Shown piece by piece: positions 1 to 8,688 of a DNA stretch of 64,000 bases. Source of the stretch: an uncultured Acidimicrobiia bacterium (lineage in GTDB: Bacteria > Actinomycetota > Acidimicrobiia > Spongiisociales > UBA11373); the NCBI GenBank assembly GCA_963796115.1, contig CAWCKE010000005.1, positions 379,455 through 443,454 of the forward strand. The letters are read 5' to 3'. A program made the position numbers and the translations under genes. The number at the start of each line of letters is the position of its first letter. Position 1 is the stretch's first letter. The notes beneath the pieces were generated by a model. It was not told where the DNA came from. It did not search any database and saw only the letters and a list, made by a program, of their open reading frames with translations.

Positions 1-78
1 GCCCACGAAGCAGACCCGCTCCCCGGCCAGTCGCCGAGCGGCGGCTACCACCATGAGCTCGTTGGAGGTCCAGCTCAT
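1..78 (-). CDS. CoA-transferase subunit B (3-oxoacid/glutaconate CoA-transferase family), 5' part only; continues beyond window start
   Basis: Reverse complement of 1..78 reads MSWTSNELMVVAAARRLAGERVCFVG, a typical N-terminus of CoA-transferase beta subunit. Its ATG overlaps the stop of the upstream A subunit (ATGA). Confidence 0.7.
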   Translation of the reverse strand, partial: MSWTSNELMVVAAARRLAGERVCFVG

Positions 79-971
79 CGGTAGCTCCCGTAGTTGACCG
101 GCGGGGCCCAGGCCTCGCCCGGGGCCAGCGAGGCCCAGCGCTCGGCGCCGAGCCGGGCCCGGTACTCGGCGTGGTCGGCCAGGCCGTACACCCACTCGTC
201 GAGCCAGGCTGCCACGGCGGCCGGGTCGCGGCTGATGGCCTCCCAGTCGAGGTAGAAGCGGTTGTCCCGGTCGTAGTAGCCCTGGGCGAAGGAGGGATGG
301 CAGCCCCCGGGTGCCTCGACCACCGCATCCACGATGGGAGCCGGGATCAGGGTCCGGTTGGGGTCGGACCGCACGACCGACTCGGGGACGACCTCCTCAC
401 AGACCACGATGACCCGGTGGGCGGCGAAGGCGGCCTCCTTCTGGCAGCCGAGCAGGCCCCACACCTGGGCGTCGCCGTCGGCGGTGGCCCGCTGCACGTG
501 GACGATGGCCACGTCGGGGTTGAGGGGGGGCACGGCGTAGAGCGTCTCCCCGGCGAAGGGGCTCACCATGGGGACGATGCGCGGGTTGGCGGCCGGCAGG
601 TCGCTGCCCGAGTAGGAGCGCAGCGGGAAGAAGGGGAGCCCGGTCGCCCCGGCGGTGTAGCGGCTCACCATGCCGAAGTGGCTGTACTCCTCGACCTCCA
701 GCGGTTCGGGGTCGGCGTGCTCTATCCGCCGCCGGAGGGCGTGCAGCGACCCCGCCCCCGGGTTGCCCATCCAGGAGAACACGATCCGGGAGATGACACC
801 GGCCGCCGCCAGCTGGTCGCCGATGACGTCGGGGGTCAGCCGGCACAAGGTGATGTTGCGGCGGCGCTGGCGGATCAGCTCGTGCCCCGCGGCGTGGCAG
901 ATGAGGTGGGTGAAGCCCTCGATGGCGACGCTGTCGCCGTCGGCGACCAGCCGCCCGACGGCTTCACTCAT
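75..971 (-). CDS. CoA-transferase subunit A
   Basis: C-terminal 297 aa of the 75..1742 ORF (MSEAVGRLVADGDSVAIEGFTHL...WMGNPGAG...) match the CoA-transferase alpha subunit; N-terminal extension of the ORF is GC-driven junk; translationally coupled to subunit B. Confidence 0.75.
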   Translation of the reverse strand: MSEAVGRLVADGDSVAIEGFTHLICHAAGHELIRQRRRNITLCRLTPDVIGDQLAAAGVISRIVFSWMGNPGAGSLHALRRRIEHADPEPLEVEEYSHFGMVSRYTAGATGLPFFPLRSYSGSDLPAANPRIVPMVSPFAGETLYAVPPLNPDVAIVHVQRATADGDAQVWGLLGCQKEAAFAAHRVIVVCEEVVPESVVRSDPNRTLIPAPIVDAVVEAPGGCHPSFAQGYYDRDNRFYLDWEAISRDPAAVAAWLDEWVYGLADHAEYRARLGAERWASLAPGEAWAPPVNYGSYR

Positions 972-1024
972 GCTGGCGACTTTGCTCACTGCCTCACCGC
1001 AGCACGATGCTACGGCTCGCCGCT

Positions 1025-2589
1025 TCAGCGCGCCAAGATGGTGCGGCTCTGCTCGCGCAGGTACTGCAGCAGGTAGTAGGGGCCTCCGGCCGACTTCCCT
1101 TGCGTGCCCGAGCCCTTCCAGCCCCCGAAGGGCTGGACGGCAGGCCAGGCGCCGGTAGTGGCACCCGCCCGCCGGTTGACGTAGACCACCCCGGCGTGGG
1201 TTCCCTCGAGGAAGTGGTCGATCTCGGCGGGGTCGCTCCCGTAGAAGCCGGCGGTGAGGCCGTACTCGGTGTCGTTGGCCGCGGCCAGGGCCTCCTCCAG
1301 GGAGTCCACCGGGGCCACCGCCAGCAGCGGGGCGAACAGCTCCCGCCGCCAGACCCAGGAGTCGGCGGGGGCCTCGACCACGGCGGGCAGGACGTAGTTG
1401 CCCCGGGCCAGGTCTGCCTCGGTGAGGCGACGCCCGCCGGTGACCAGGCTGCCCCGGGCCGAGGCCTCGGCGACGGCCTCCTCGAAGCGGGCCACTGCCT
1501 TCTCGTCGATCAGCGGCCCCAGGTGCACCTCCCGCCCGAGAGGGTTGCCCACGACCAGCGACTCCGTTCGGGCTGCCAGCCGTTCCAGGAACTCGCCGTA
1601 CAGGGGCGCGTGATGAACGCCCGCGAGGCGGCCGAGCACTTCTGTCCCCCGAAGCCGAAGGCCGAGCGCACCGTGCCCTCCACGGCGGTGTCGAGGTCGG
1701 CGCCTCGGCCGATGATGACCGGGTTCTTCCCGCCCATCTCACAGATGACCGGCCTGGGGTGCTCGGCCGAGAAGGATCGGTAGATGGCCATGCCGACCTC
1801 GGCGGAGCCGGTGAAGGTGATTCCCGCCAGCCGGGGATGAGAGACGAGGGCCTCCCCGGCCGGGTGCCCCGAGCCGGTCACGACTTGCAGGGCCCCTGTC
1901 GGGAGGCCGGCGTCGGAGAGTGCGTCGGCGACGAGCAGGGTGGCGAGTGTGCCGGCTGAGGAGGGCTTGAGCACCACGGTGTTCCCGGCGATCAGCGCGG
2001 CCGCCGCCGGCCCCGCCGCCAGGGCAGCCGGGAAGTTGAAGGGACTGATCACCGCCCAGACCCCGTAGGGGAGCAGCACGTCGAGCGTCTGCTCTTCGGG
2101 GGTGAGGCGGCCCATCGGCCGGGCGAACCCTTCGTGCCGCTCCATCTCGTCGCAGTAGTAGCGGATCAGCTCGGCCGCCTCCTGGGCGTCACCGAGAGCT
2201 TCGAGGCGGTTCTTCCCGACCTCGAACGAAAGGGTGGCGGCGAGCAGGAAGCGCCGCTGGTCGATGAGCTTGGCCGCGCGGCGCAGCACGGCCAGTCGCT
2301 CCGCCCATGGGGTGGCCGCCCAGGTGGGGGCGAAGGCGGCGGCCGCGCTCACCGCCTCGTCCACGTCGGAGGGGGTGGCCTGGGCGAATCTGCCGATGAC
2401 CAGGTCGCGGTCGATGGGGGAGCGTTCCACGCGCACCCCGGCGCTGCCCCGCTCCTTGCCGTCGATTCGGAAGCCGTGGGACCGGCCCAGCCGCGCCCGG
2501 GCTCGGCGGACACCGGCCTCGTAGCCGGCGTGCAATGCCTCGTCGTCTGCGGGCGTGGTGGTGTAGGTGATCGGTGCTGGATCGCCCAT
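1025..2589 (-). CDS. Aldehyde dehydrogenase, 1-pyrroline-5-carboxylate (glutamate semialdehyde) dehydrogenase-like; interrupted by a -1/+1 frameshift near 1625-1640
   Basis: Two adjacent minus-strand ORFs (1510..2715 and 1025..1639) together give a full-length ALDH (FNFP, GQKCSAASR... then VHHAPLYGEFLERL...GTQGKSAGGPYYL). The junction falls in CGCGGGCG context. Likely start is MGDPAPITYTT at 2589. Confidence 0.75.
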
Positions 2590-2683
2590 GGGTTCTCCGT
2601 GAGTAGGCACAGTCACCGTACCCAGGAGTGCGCTGCTAACCGGGACCGGATTTCCGCCGTCCGGATCGGCCGGGCCGCCCCAC

Positions 2684-3205
2684 TTGCGGGTGGAGCGCCC
2701 GTATGCTCTCCCCATGTCCGAGTTGGCATCCGACTTCTATCGCCAGAACGAGTGGGCCACCCTCAAGCTCATCGAGGTGTGCCGCGGCCTGAGCGACGAG
2801 CAACTGGGGGCGGCCGCCGAGGGCACCTACGGGTCCATCAGGGCCACCCTCCGTCACCTGGTGTCCGCAGAGGCCAACTATGCCTTCCGGGTCTCCGACG
2901 GGAAGGTCCGCCGGCTGCCCCCGGACGAGCCGTGGCCTGGTTTCGATGCTCTGGCCGAGATGGTTTCCGCCCACGCGGCCGTCTTCGCTGGGGCCGCCCG
3001 CGGGGATACGAACCGGGTCATCCGGCTGGACGCCGACACCGAGCCGTACGACTCCGAAGCGGCCGTGATCCTCGTGCAGGCCTTCAACCACGCCACCGAG
3101 CACCGCAGCCAGATCTGCACGATCCTGACGACCTTGGGCATCCAACCCCCCGACATGAGCGGCTGGGAGTGGGGCCTCGCCGACGGCCGGATGCGCAAGG
3201 TCTGA
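2684..3205 (+). CDS. DinB/YfiT-like (DinB_2) family protein
   Basis: MSELASDFYRQNEWATLKLIEVCRGLSDEQL...HATEHRSQI pattern typical of DinB_2 metal-dependent hydrolase-like proteins; TTG at 2684 or ATG at 2714 possible starts. Confidence 0.55.
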   Translation: MRVERPYALPMSELASDFYRQNEWATLKLIEVCRGLSDEQLGAAAEGTYGSIRATLRHLVSAEANYAFRVSDGKVRRLPPDEPWPGFDALAEMVSAHAAVFAGAARGDTNRVIRLDADTEPYDSEAAVILVQAFNHATEHRSQICTILTTLGIQPPDMSGWEWGLADGRMRKV

Positions 3206-3373
3206 TCGGGCTGAGGGCTACCTGGAGGGCGTCGTACAGCCGCGAGCGTGAGCGCGGACGTGCTCTACGACCTCATGGGGCCAATCGACCGCTGACGGCA
3301 CACTCCGCATGGGCCACGTGAGCGCGGAGGCTGGGCGAGAGTAGATTGCATTCAGGTGCGGAAGGGAGAAGGC

Positions 3374-4131
3374 GTGAAACGTTTCCTGGTGCTGGCTCTG
3401 TTGGCGGGCGTTCTGGTGGCGATGCCGGCGGCCGGGTGCCGCGGTCGACGGCGATGAGGGCATGAGCCCAGGCTGCGCGGCGCTCAACTCTCCGGCGTGG
3501 GACGGGGATTACGGCGAGGGGGCCATCAACGACCTGTTCTATGCAGGAGAGGTCATCACCGCGGCTGCGTCCCTATCCACGACGGATCTCTTGGTCCGAG
3601 TGGTGGACGGTCTCGAGGTGCTGCTCCTCGTCGATACGAGCGTGGTTGATAGCGCGGACGCCCCGGGGACGGTGAGTTGGAGAGTTCCCTTCAACGGCGT
3701 GTATGCGGTCGTGTGGCGGATCGTCATGCCGAACGGGTTCTCGCGGGCGCCGCGGAGTATTGCCGCGTCCTGGGAGGTGAGTTGCACTCCGGCGGTCTGC
3801 CGCCGGCTGTTTCGGTGTGCCGTCGACCATTGTCGGCACCGGGGGTGATGATGTGCTGGTGGGGACGGCGGGGCCGGACGTGATCTCCGGGCTGGGCGGC
3901 AACGACACCATCCGCGGCCTGGGCGGGGACGATCTGGTGTGCGGCGGCAACGGCGACGACCTGCTCGCCGGGGGCGGCGGCAACGACCGTCTGCGGGGCG
4001 GCGACGGGGACGACACCCTCTTGGGCAGATGGGGGGACGACTTCCTGGGCGGCGGTGCCGGGGCCGATCTGGCCAACGGCGGCCTGGGCACCGACGTCTG
4101 TTGGAGCGAAGCCGAAACCGCCTGCGAGTAG
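3374..4131 (+). CDS. Secreted RTX-type calcium-binding repeat protein (signal peptide + unknown domain + GGxGxD beta-roll repeats), split into three frames by two indels (~3455 and ~3840)
   Basis: GTG 3374 preceded by GGAAGGGAGAAGG SD; VKRFLVLALLAGVLVAMPAAG signal peptide; 3462..3848 middle ORF; 3817..4131 ORF carries GGDDVLVGTAGPDVISGLGGNDTIRGLGGDDLVCGGNGDDLL... nonapeptide repeats. Confidence 0.55.
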
Positions 4132-4189
4132 ACCCGTCTGGTCCAGGCGACTAGTGAGGTGCCCCGCACCGGACCAGTGCGGGGCACCG

Positions 4190-4669
4190 CTATTGGGCGA
4201 GCGTTCTGCGGTACTCGGCGCGGAGGGTGGGGTGGAGGCGGCGCTGCTGGCCGTCGTCGAGGGCGGGGATGCGGGCGGGGACCATGATGGCCTGGCCGTC
4301 GCGGTGGATCAGGCCTTCGGCCAGCAGGCTGGGCAGGTGCAGGGGTCGGCGGAGGCGCGTGCCCCGGCGGGCGGCGGCGGTGAGGCGGAGGAGGTCGGCG
4401 ACCGCGCCGGGGCCGACCAGGGCGGACCAGTAGCGGCGGACGGCGGGGTCGTGGGGGTCGTGGCCGGGGTGGCCGTTGCTCTCGGCCAGGCGGGGGTGGA
4501 TGTAGGGGCGGGGGATGGCGGTGGGGCGCAAGGGGATGACCTCCGCTGCCCCCGGAGCTGGCGCGGCTTCCATGGAGATGGGAGGACGGTCATCTCGACG
4601 GATGGCCCCGGGGGCTGCGGCGGTCATGCCATCTAGATACAACTGAGGCCAGTTAGGTGCAAGCGGCAT
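4190..4669 (-). CDS. Hypothetical protein (weak call)
   Basis: ORF downstream of and overlapping the 3' end of the PBP gene; no recognisable domain; could be GC artefact or a frameshifted continuation. Confidence 0.2.
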   Translation of the reverse strand: MPLAPNWPQLYLDGMTAAAPGAIRRDDRPPISMEAAPAPGAAEVIPLRPTAIPRPYIHPRLAESNGHPGHDPHDPAVRRYWSALVGPGAVADLLRLTAAARRGTRLRRPLHLPSLLAEGLIHRDGQAIMVPARIPALDDGQQRRLHPTLRAEYRRTLAQ

Positions 4670-7158
4670 GGCGCCGGTGCGCGAAAGAAAGGAGTGCGGC
4701 TAGCCGCGGGCTCTGGTAGACGGTGTAACGGATCACGACCACGGTGCCCTCGGTGATCATGACCCCCTCCCGGGGCCGGGTGGCCACCACCCGGTCGCGC
4801 TCCGCCGGGTTCGCCACCGGCACGGTCGACCAGCTCCCAGCTGAAGTCGATCTCGGTGGCCTCGCGCATGGTGCGCAGGATGGCCACCGCTTCGGCCGGG
4901 GTCAGGCCCACGAGGTCCACCATGGCCACCTCCGGCGGCCGGCCGCTGGAGACCTCCAGCGTCACCGCCTCGCCCTGACGAATCACCTCAGGGTTCTCCG
5001 GGTCCTGGGTGACCACCTCGTCCTCGGGCTCCACGGCATTGACGTATTCGACCTCCACGTTGAAGCCGGCCTCGTACAGCTCGTCGGTGGCTTCCTCGAG
5101 GTCCATGCCGACCACGTCGGGGACTTCCTCACGCGGGGTCTGGTAGTAGAGGTCCACTCCCTCCGGGTCGCGCGGGAAGTCGAGCACGGGGAGGTCCTCG
5201 GTGACGATCTCCATGTAGTCCCGCCAGATGGGGGCGGCCACGTTCGAGCCCCAGACCGTCTCGTAGTACGTGCCGTTGATCACCAGGTTCCGCATCTCCA
5301 CCTGGCTGTCGGGGAAACCCACCCACACCGAGGTGGTGTACTGCGGGATGAAGCCGATGAACCACACGTCGGTGTTGTCTTCGTGGGTGCCGGTCTTGCC
5401 CGCCTGGGGGCGCCCGATGTAGGCGTTGCCGCCGGTGCCGCTGGTGATCACCTGCTCCATGGTGTTGACCACGGCCGCCGCCAGGGCGCTGTCCACCGCC
5501 CGGGTGCGCTGGGTCTCGTGCTCGTAGACCACGTTGCCGTCGGCGTCCTCGATGCGCTCGATGAGGTAGTTGTCCACCCGCCACCCGTAGTTGGCCAGAG
5601 TCGAGTAGCCGGCGGCCATCTCGAGCGGGCTCACCGCCGAGGCGCCGAGGACGATGGCCGGCACCGAGCCCAGCGGTGACCTGATCCCCATGCGGTGGGC
5701 CGCATCGGCGATCCTGTCGGCCCCGACCTCCACCGCCACCTGGCAGAAGACCGAGTTGGTGGAGGCGATGAGCGCTTGCTCCAGCGTCCGGATGCTGCCC
5801 TCGCTGGGGCCGCCCCGGCAGACCCAGGGCTCGGAGCCCCCGTAGTCGAGGATCTGCGGGGAGGAGTCGGCCCAGTAGGAGTGCAGCGGCCAGCCGTTCT
5901 CCAGGGCCGCCACCAGGCCAAAGGGCTTGAACGCCGACCCCGGGTTGCGGCGGCCCTTGGTGGCGATGTCGTAGGTGCGCTGGCCGGCCTGGTAGTCCTC
6001 ACCGAACTCCAGCCCGGAGGCCATGACGATGGTGCCGCCGGTGCGGTTGTCCACCATCGCGATGGACCCGGTGGGACCGCCCTCACCCGGGGGGAACCAC
6101 TGCTGCAGCAGTTCCTGGGCCTGCTGCTGGAGGGCGTAGTTGACGGTGACGAAGATCCTCAGGCCCCCGCCGCCGGCGCACGCGGTGTCGTCGGCCGGGC
6201 AGCCGAAGAGGGCCCGCTTGCGCTGGAGGTAGGTGTCGCCCAGTCCGTAGATGGGGTCGTTGAGCACCGCCTCCTTGGCGGCGATCAGCACCTGGGGGGC
6301 CAGCGTCTGGAACTCCCGGTGGGGCACGGTCACCAGCGGCTCGGCCTCCGCCGCGGCCGCCTCCTCCGCGGTGATGTAGCCCTCGTCCAGCATCTCGCCG
6401 ATGACGCGGTTGCGCGCCTCGATGGGGTCGTCGGCATGCCGCCGGAGGTCGTACAGGGTGGGGTTGCGGATGGGCACGACCAGGGCCGCCGCCTCGGCGA
6501 TGGTCAGTTCGTCGAGTTCCTTGCCGAAGTACTCCTGGGCGGCCGCCCGCACCCCGTAGGCGTTGTTCCCGAAGTAGGTGGAGTTCAGGTAGAACTCCAG
6601 GATCTGCTCCTTGGTGTAGCGCCGCTCCAGTTCCATGGCGATGGCCGCCTCGGAGACCTTGCGCCGCAGGGTGGGCTCGGTGCCGATGAAGTTCTGCTTG
6701 ACCACCTGCTGGGTGATCGTCGACCCGCCCTGGGTGGTGACCCCCCCGCCGAAGTTGCCGACCAGCGCCCGGATGATGGCCTGGTGGTCGATGCCCGGGT
6801 GCTCCCAGTACTCGGCGTCCTCGGCCGAGACGACGGCCGCCACCACGATGTCGGGTATCTCCTCGAAGGGGACCGGCTGGCTGTTGCGCTCGGTCAACTC
6901 CCCGAGGAGCACCCCGTCGGAGGTGTACACCTCGGAGAGGCGGCCGACGTCGGGCAGGTCGAGGGCGAGCGAGGTGACGTCGGGGATCCACGCCCGCGAC
7001 AGGTCGTCGAGGGTCCCGTAGGCGGCGTTGCCGCCGAGAAAGGCGGCCAGGCCGAACCAGCCCGAGGCGAGCACGGCGATGCCGGCCAGCACGGCGAGGG
7101 CAATCAGCCGCTTCCCATGCCGATCCTTGCTCTCGGCCTGGTGAATGGAGATGTCCAT
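4633..7158 (-). CDS. Class A penicillin-binding protein (GT51 transglycosylase + transpeptidase + C-terminal PASTA-like domains)
   Basis: Its domain order is an N-terminal TM anchor, then a transglycosylase region (EDAEYWEHPGID...TITQQVVKQNF, RKVSEAAIAMELE), then a transpeptidase region (SAFKP, SxN, KTGT), then two PASTA-like modules. Its C-terminal 60 aa are low complexity, so the 3' end is uncertain. Confidence 0.85.
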   Translation of the reverse strand: MDISIHQAESKDRHGKRLIALAVLAGIAVLASGWFGLAAFLGGNAAYGTLDDLSRAWIPDVTSLALDLPDVGRLSEVYTSDGVLLGELTERNSQPVPFEEIPDIVVAAVVSAEDAEYWEHPGIDHQAIIRALVGNFGGGVTTQGGSTITQQVVKQNFIGTEPTLRRKVSEAAIAMELERRYTKEQILEFYLNSTYFGNNAYGVRAAAQEYFGKELDELTIAEAAALVVPIRNPTLYDLRRHADDPIEARNRVIGEMLDEGYITAEEAAAAEAEPLVTVPHREFQTLAPQVLIAAKEAVLNDPIYGLGDTYLQRKRALFGCPADDTACAGGGGLRIFVTVNYALQQQAQELLQQWFPPGEGGPTGSIAMVDNRTGGTIVMASGLEFGEDYQAGQRTYDIATKGRRNPGSAFKPFGLVAALENGWPLHSYWADSSPQILDYGGSEPWVCRGGPSEGSIRTLEQALIASTNSVFCQVAVEVGADRIADAAHRMGIRSPLGSVPAIVLGASAVSPLEMAAGYSTLANYGWRVDNYLIERIEDADGNVVYEHETQRTRAVDSALAAAVVNTMEQVITSGTGGNAYIGRPQAGKTGTHEDNTDVWFIGFIPQYTTSVWVGFPDSQVEMRNLVINGTYYETVWGSNVAAPIWRDYMEIVTEDLPVLDFPRDPEGVDLYYQTPREEVPDVVGMDLEEATDELYEAGFNVEVEYVNAVEPEDEVVTQDPENPEVIRQGEAVTLEVSSGRPPEVAMVDLVGLTPAEAVAILRTMREATEIDFSWELVDRAGGEPGGARPGGGHPAPGGGHDHRGHRGRDPLHRLPEPAASRTPFFRAPAPCRLHLTGLSCI

Positions 7159-7303
7159 CGGCTACCCAGTCGGACGTCGGCGGAGGCCCGGCGGTTCCCG
7201 CGCAACGTCCGGCCTCGGCGGGCAGTGTACCGACGCACCGGATTTGCCAGGGGAGTTGCCCGGTCCGTCGTTGGGATCCCCGACGGCTACCGTCTGCCAC
7301 TGT

Positions 7304-8661
7304 GAACGGGCCGCCTCGCTTCCTGGTCATCGGCGGTGGACCCGCCGGGAGCACCGCCGCCGCCGTCGCCGCCGCCGGGGGCGCGCGAGGTCACGCTGGT
7401 CGAGTGCGAGGTGGTGGGCGGGGCCTCCCAGCTGCGTGACTGCATCCCGTCCAAAGCGCTGGTCGTCAGCGCCGACGGCCTGACCGCCATCCGGGCCGGG
7501 GGCCACTTCGGGAGGGGCGACCCCGGGCCTCTGCGGCCCGATGTCTCCCGTCTCACCGAGCGGCGCCTGTCGGTGGCCTCCCTCCTGTCTGCGTCCCTCA
7601 TCGGGCGGCTGGAGGCCCTGGGTGTGACGCTGGAGGCCGGCCGGGCACGCTTCGCCGGGCCCGGCGCCGCCGTGCTGGCCACCGCCTCGGGGGAACGGAC
7701 CATGGACTTCGACGACGCCCTGATCGCCACCGGGTCGGTGCCCCGCGTCCCCGCCTGGGCGGAGGTGGACGGCGAGTTCGTGCTGACCTCTCGGCAGGCC
7801 TACCGGCTGGCGGGCACGCCCGAGCACGCGGTGATCATCGGGGCGGGGTCCACCGGCGTCGAGTTCGCCCACATCTTCTCGAGCCTCGGGGCGCGGGTGA
7901 CGCTGCTCAGCGCCCGGGAGCGGGTGCTGCCCCGCAACGACGCGGAGGCGGCCGCTGCCCTCGAGGAGGAGTTCGCCGAGCGGGGGGTGGCTGTGCTGCG
8001 CGGGGCCCGGGCCAGGTCGGTGCGCCGTCGGGGCGGCGGCGTGGAGGTCGTCACCGAGGACGGCCGGGTGGTCGGCGGCTCCCACGCCCTGCTCGCGGTG
8101 GGGCTGCAGCCGGCCTGCGAAGGCCTGGGCCTGGAGGCCGCCGGGGTGGCCGTGGAGGAGGAGGCGATCCGGGTGGATGCCTGCCAGCGCACGTCGGTGC
8201 CCCACATCTACGCGGCCGGGGATGTGACCGGCGGGGTGATGCTCAGCTCGGTGGCCGCCGCCGAGGGAGCGGTGGTGGGCAGGCTGGTACTGGGCGAGGA
8301 GGCCGCAGCCGTGGACCAGCAGCAGGCCGCCCAGGCGGTGTTCACGGAACCGGAGATCGCCTGGGTGGGGCTGCAGGAGGCCGAGGCGGCGGACGCGGGG
8401 CGCCGGGTCAGGGTCTCCCGGGTGCCCTTCAGCACCAACCCCAAGGCTCTCATCCAGCCCCGGCCGCGGGGCTTCGTCAAGATCCTCAGCGATCCCAAGG
8501 ACGAGGTAGTGCTGGGGGGCCTGGTGGTCGGCCGCCACGCCGCCGAGTTGATCGGGATCCTCGCCCTGGCGGTGCGGGCCGGGCTGCCGCGCTCGATGGT
8601 CGCCCAGACCCTCATGGCCTATCCCTCGCTGGCGGAGACGATCTCCGCCGCCGCCCGCTGA
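7304..8661 (+). CDS. Pyridine nucleotide-disulfide oxidoreductase, LpdA-like flavoprotein (lacks canonical CxxxxC), N-terminal indel near 7370-7380
   Basis: Frame A from GTG 7304 reads VNGPPRFLVIGGGPAGSTAAAVAAAGGA, which is the FAD-binding GxGxxG motif. Frame B continues with EVTLVECEVVGGASQLRDCIPSKAL and runs to the dimerisation domain. The junction sits in a GGGGG run. Confidence 0.75.
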
Positions 8662-8688
8662 CGCGGCGCCCTGCGCCCGGCCGGCGGC

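Noticed and set aside
4055-4636. Plus-strand ORF 4055..4636 and the possibility that 4190..4669 (-) is the PBP C-terminal continuation
   Set aside because: Neither has PASTA-like or other domain features. The plus-strand ORF is Gly/Ala/Asp junk. The minus-strand ORF is kept only as a low-confidence hypothetical.
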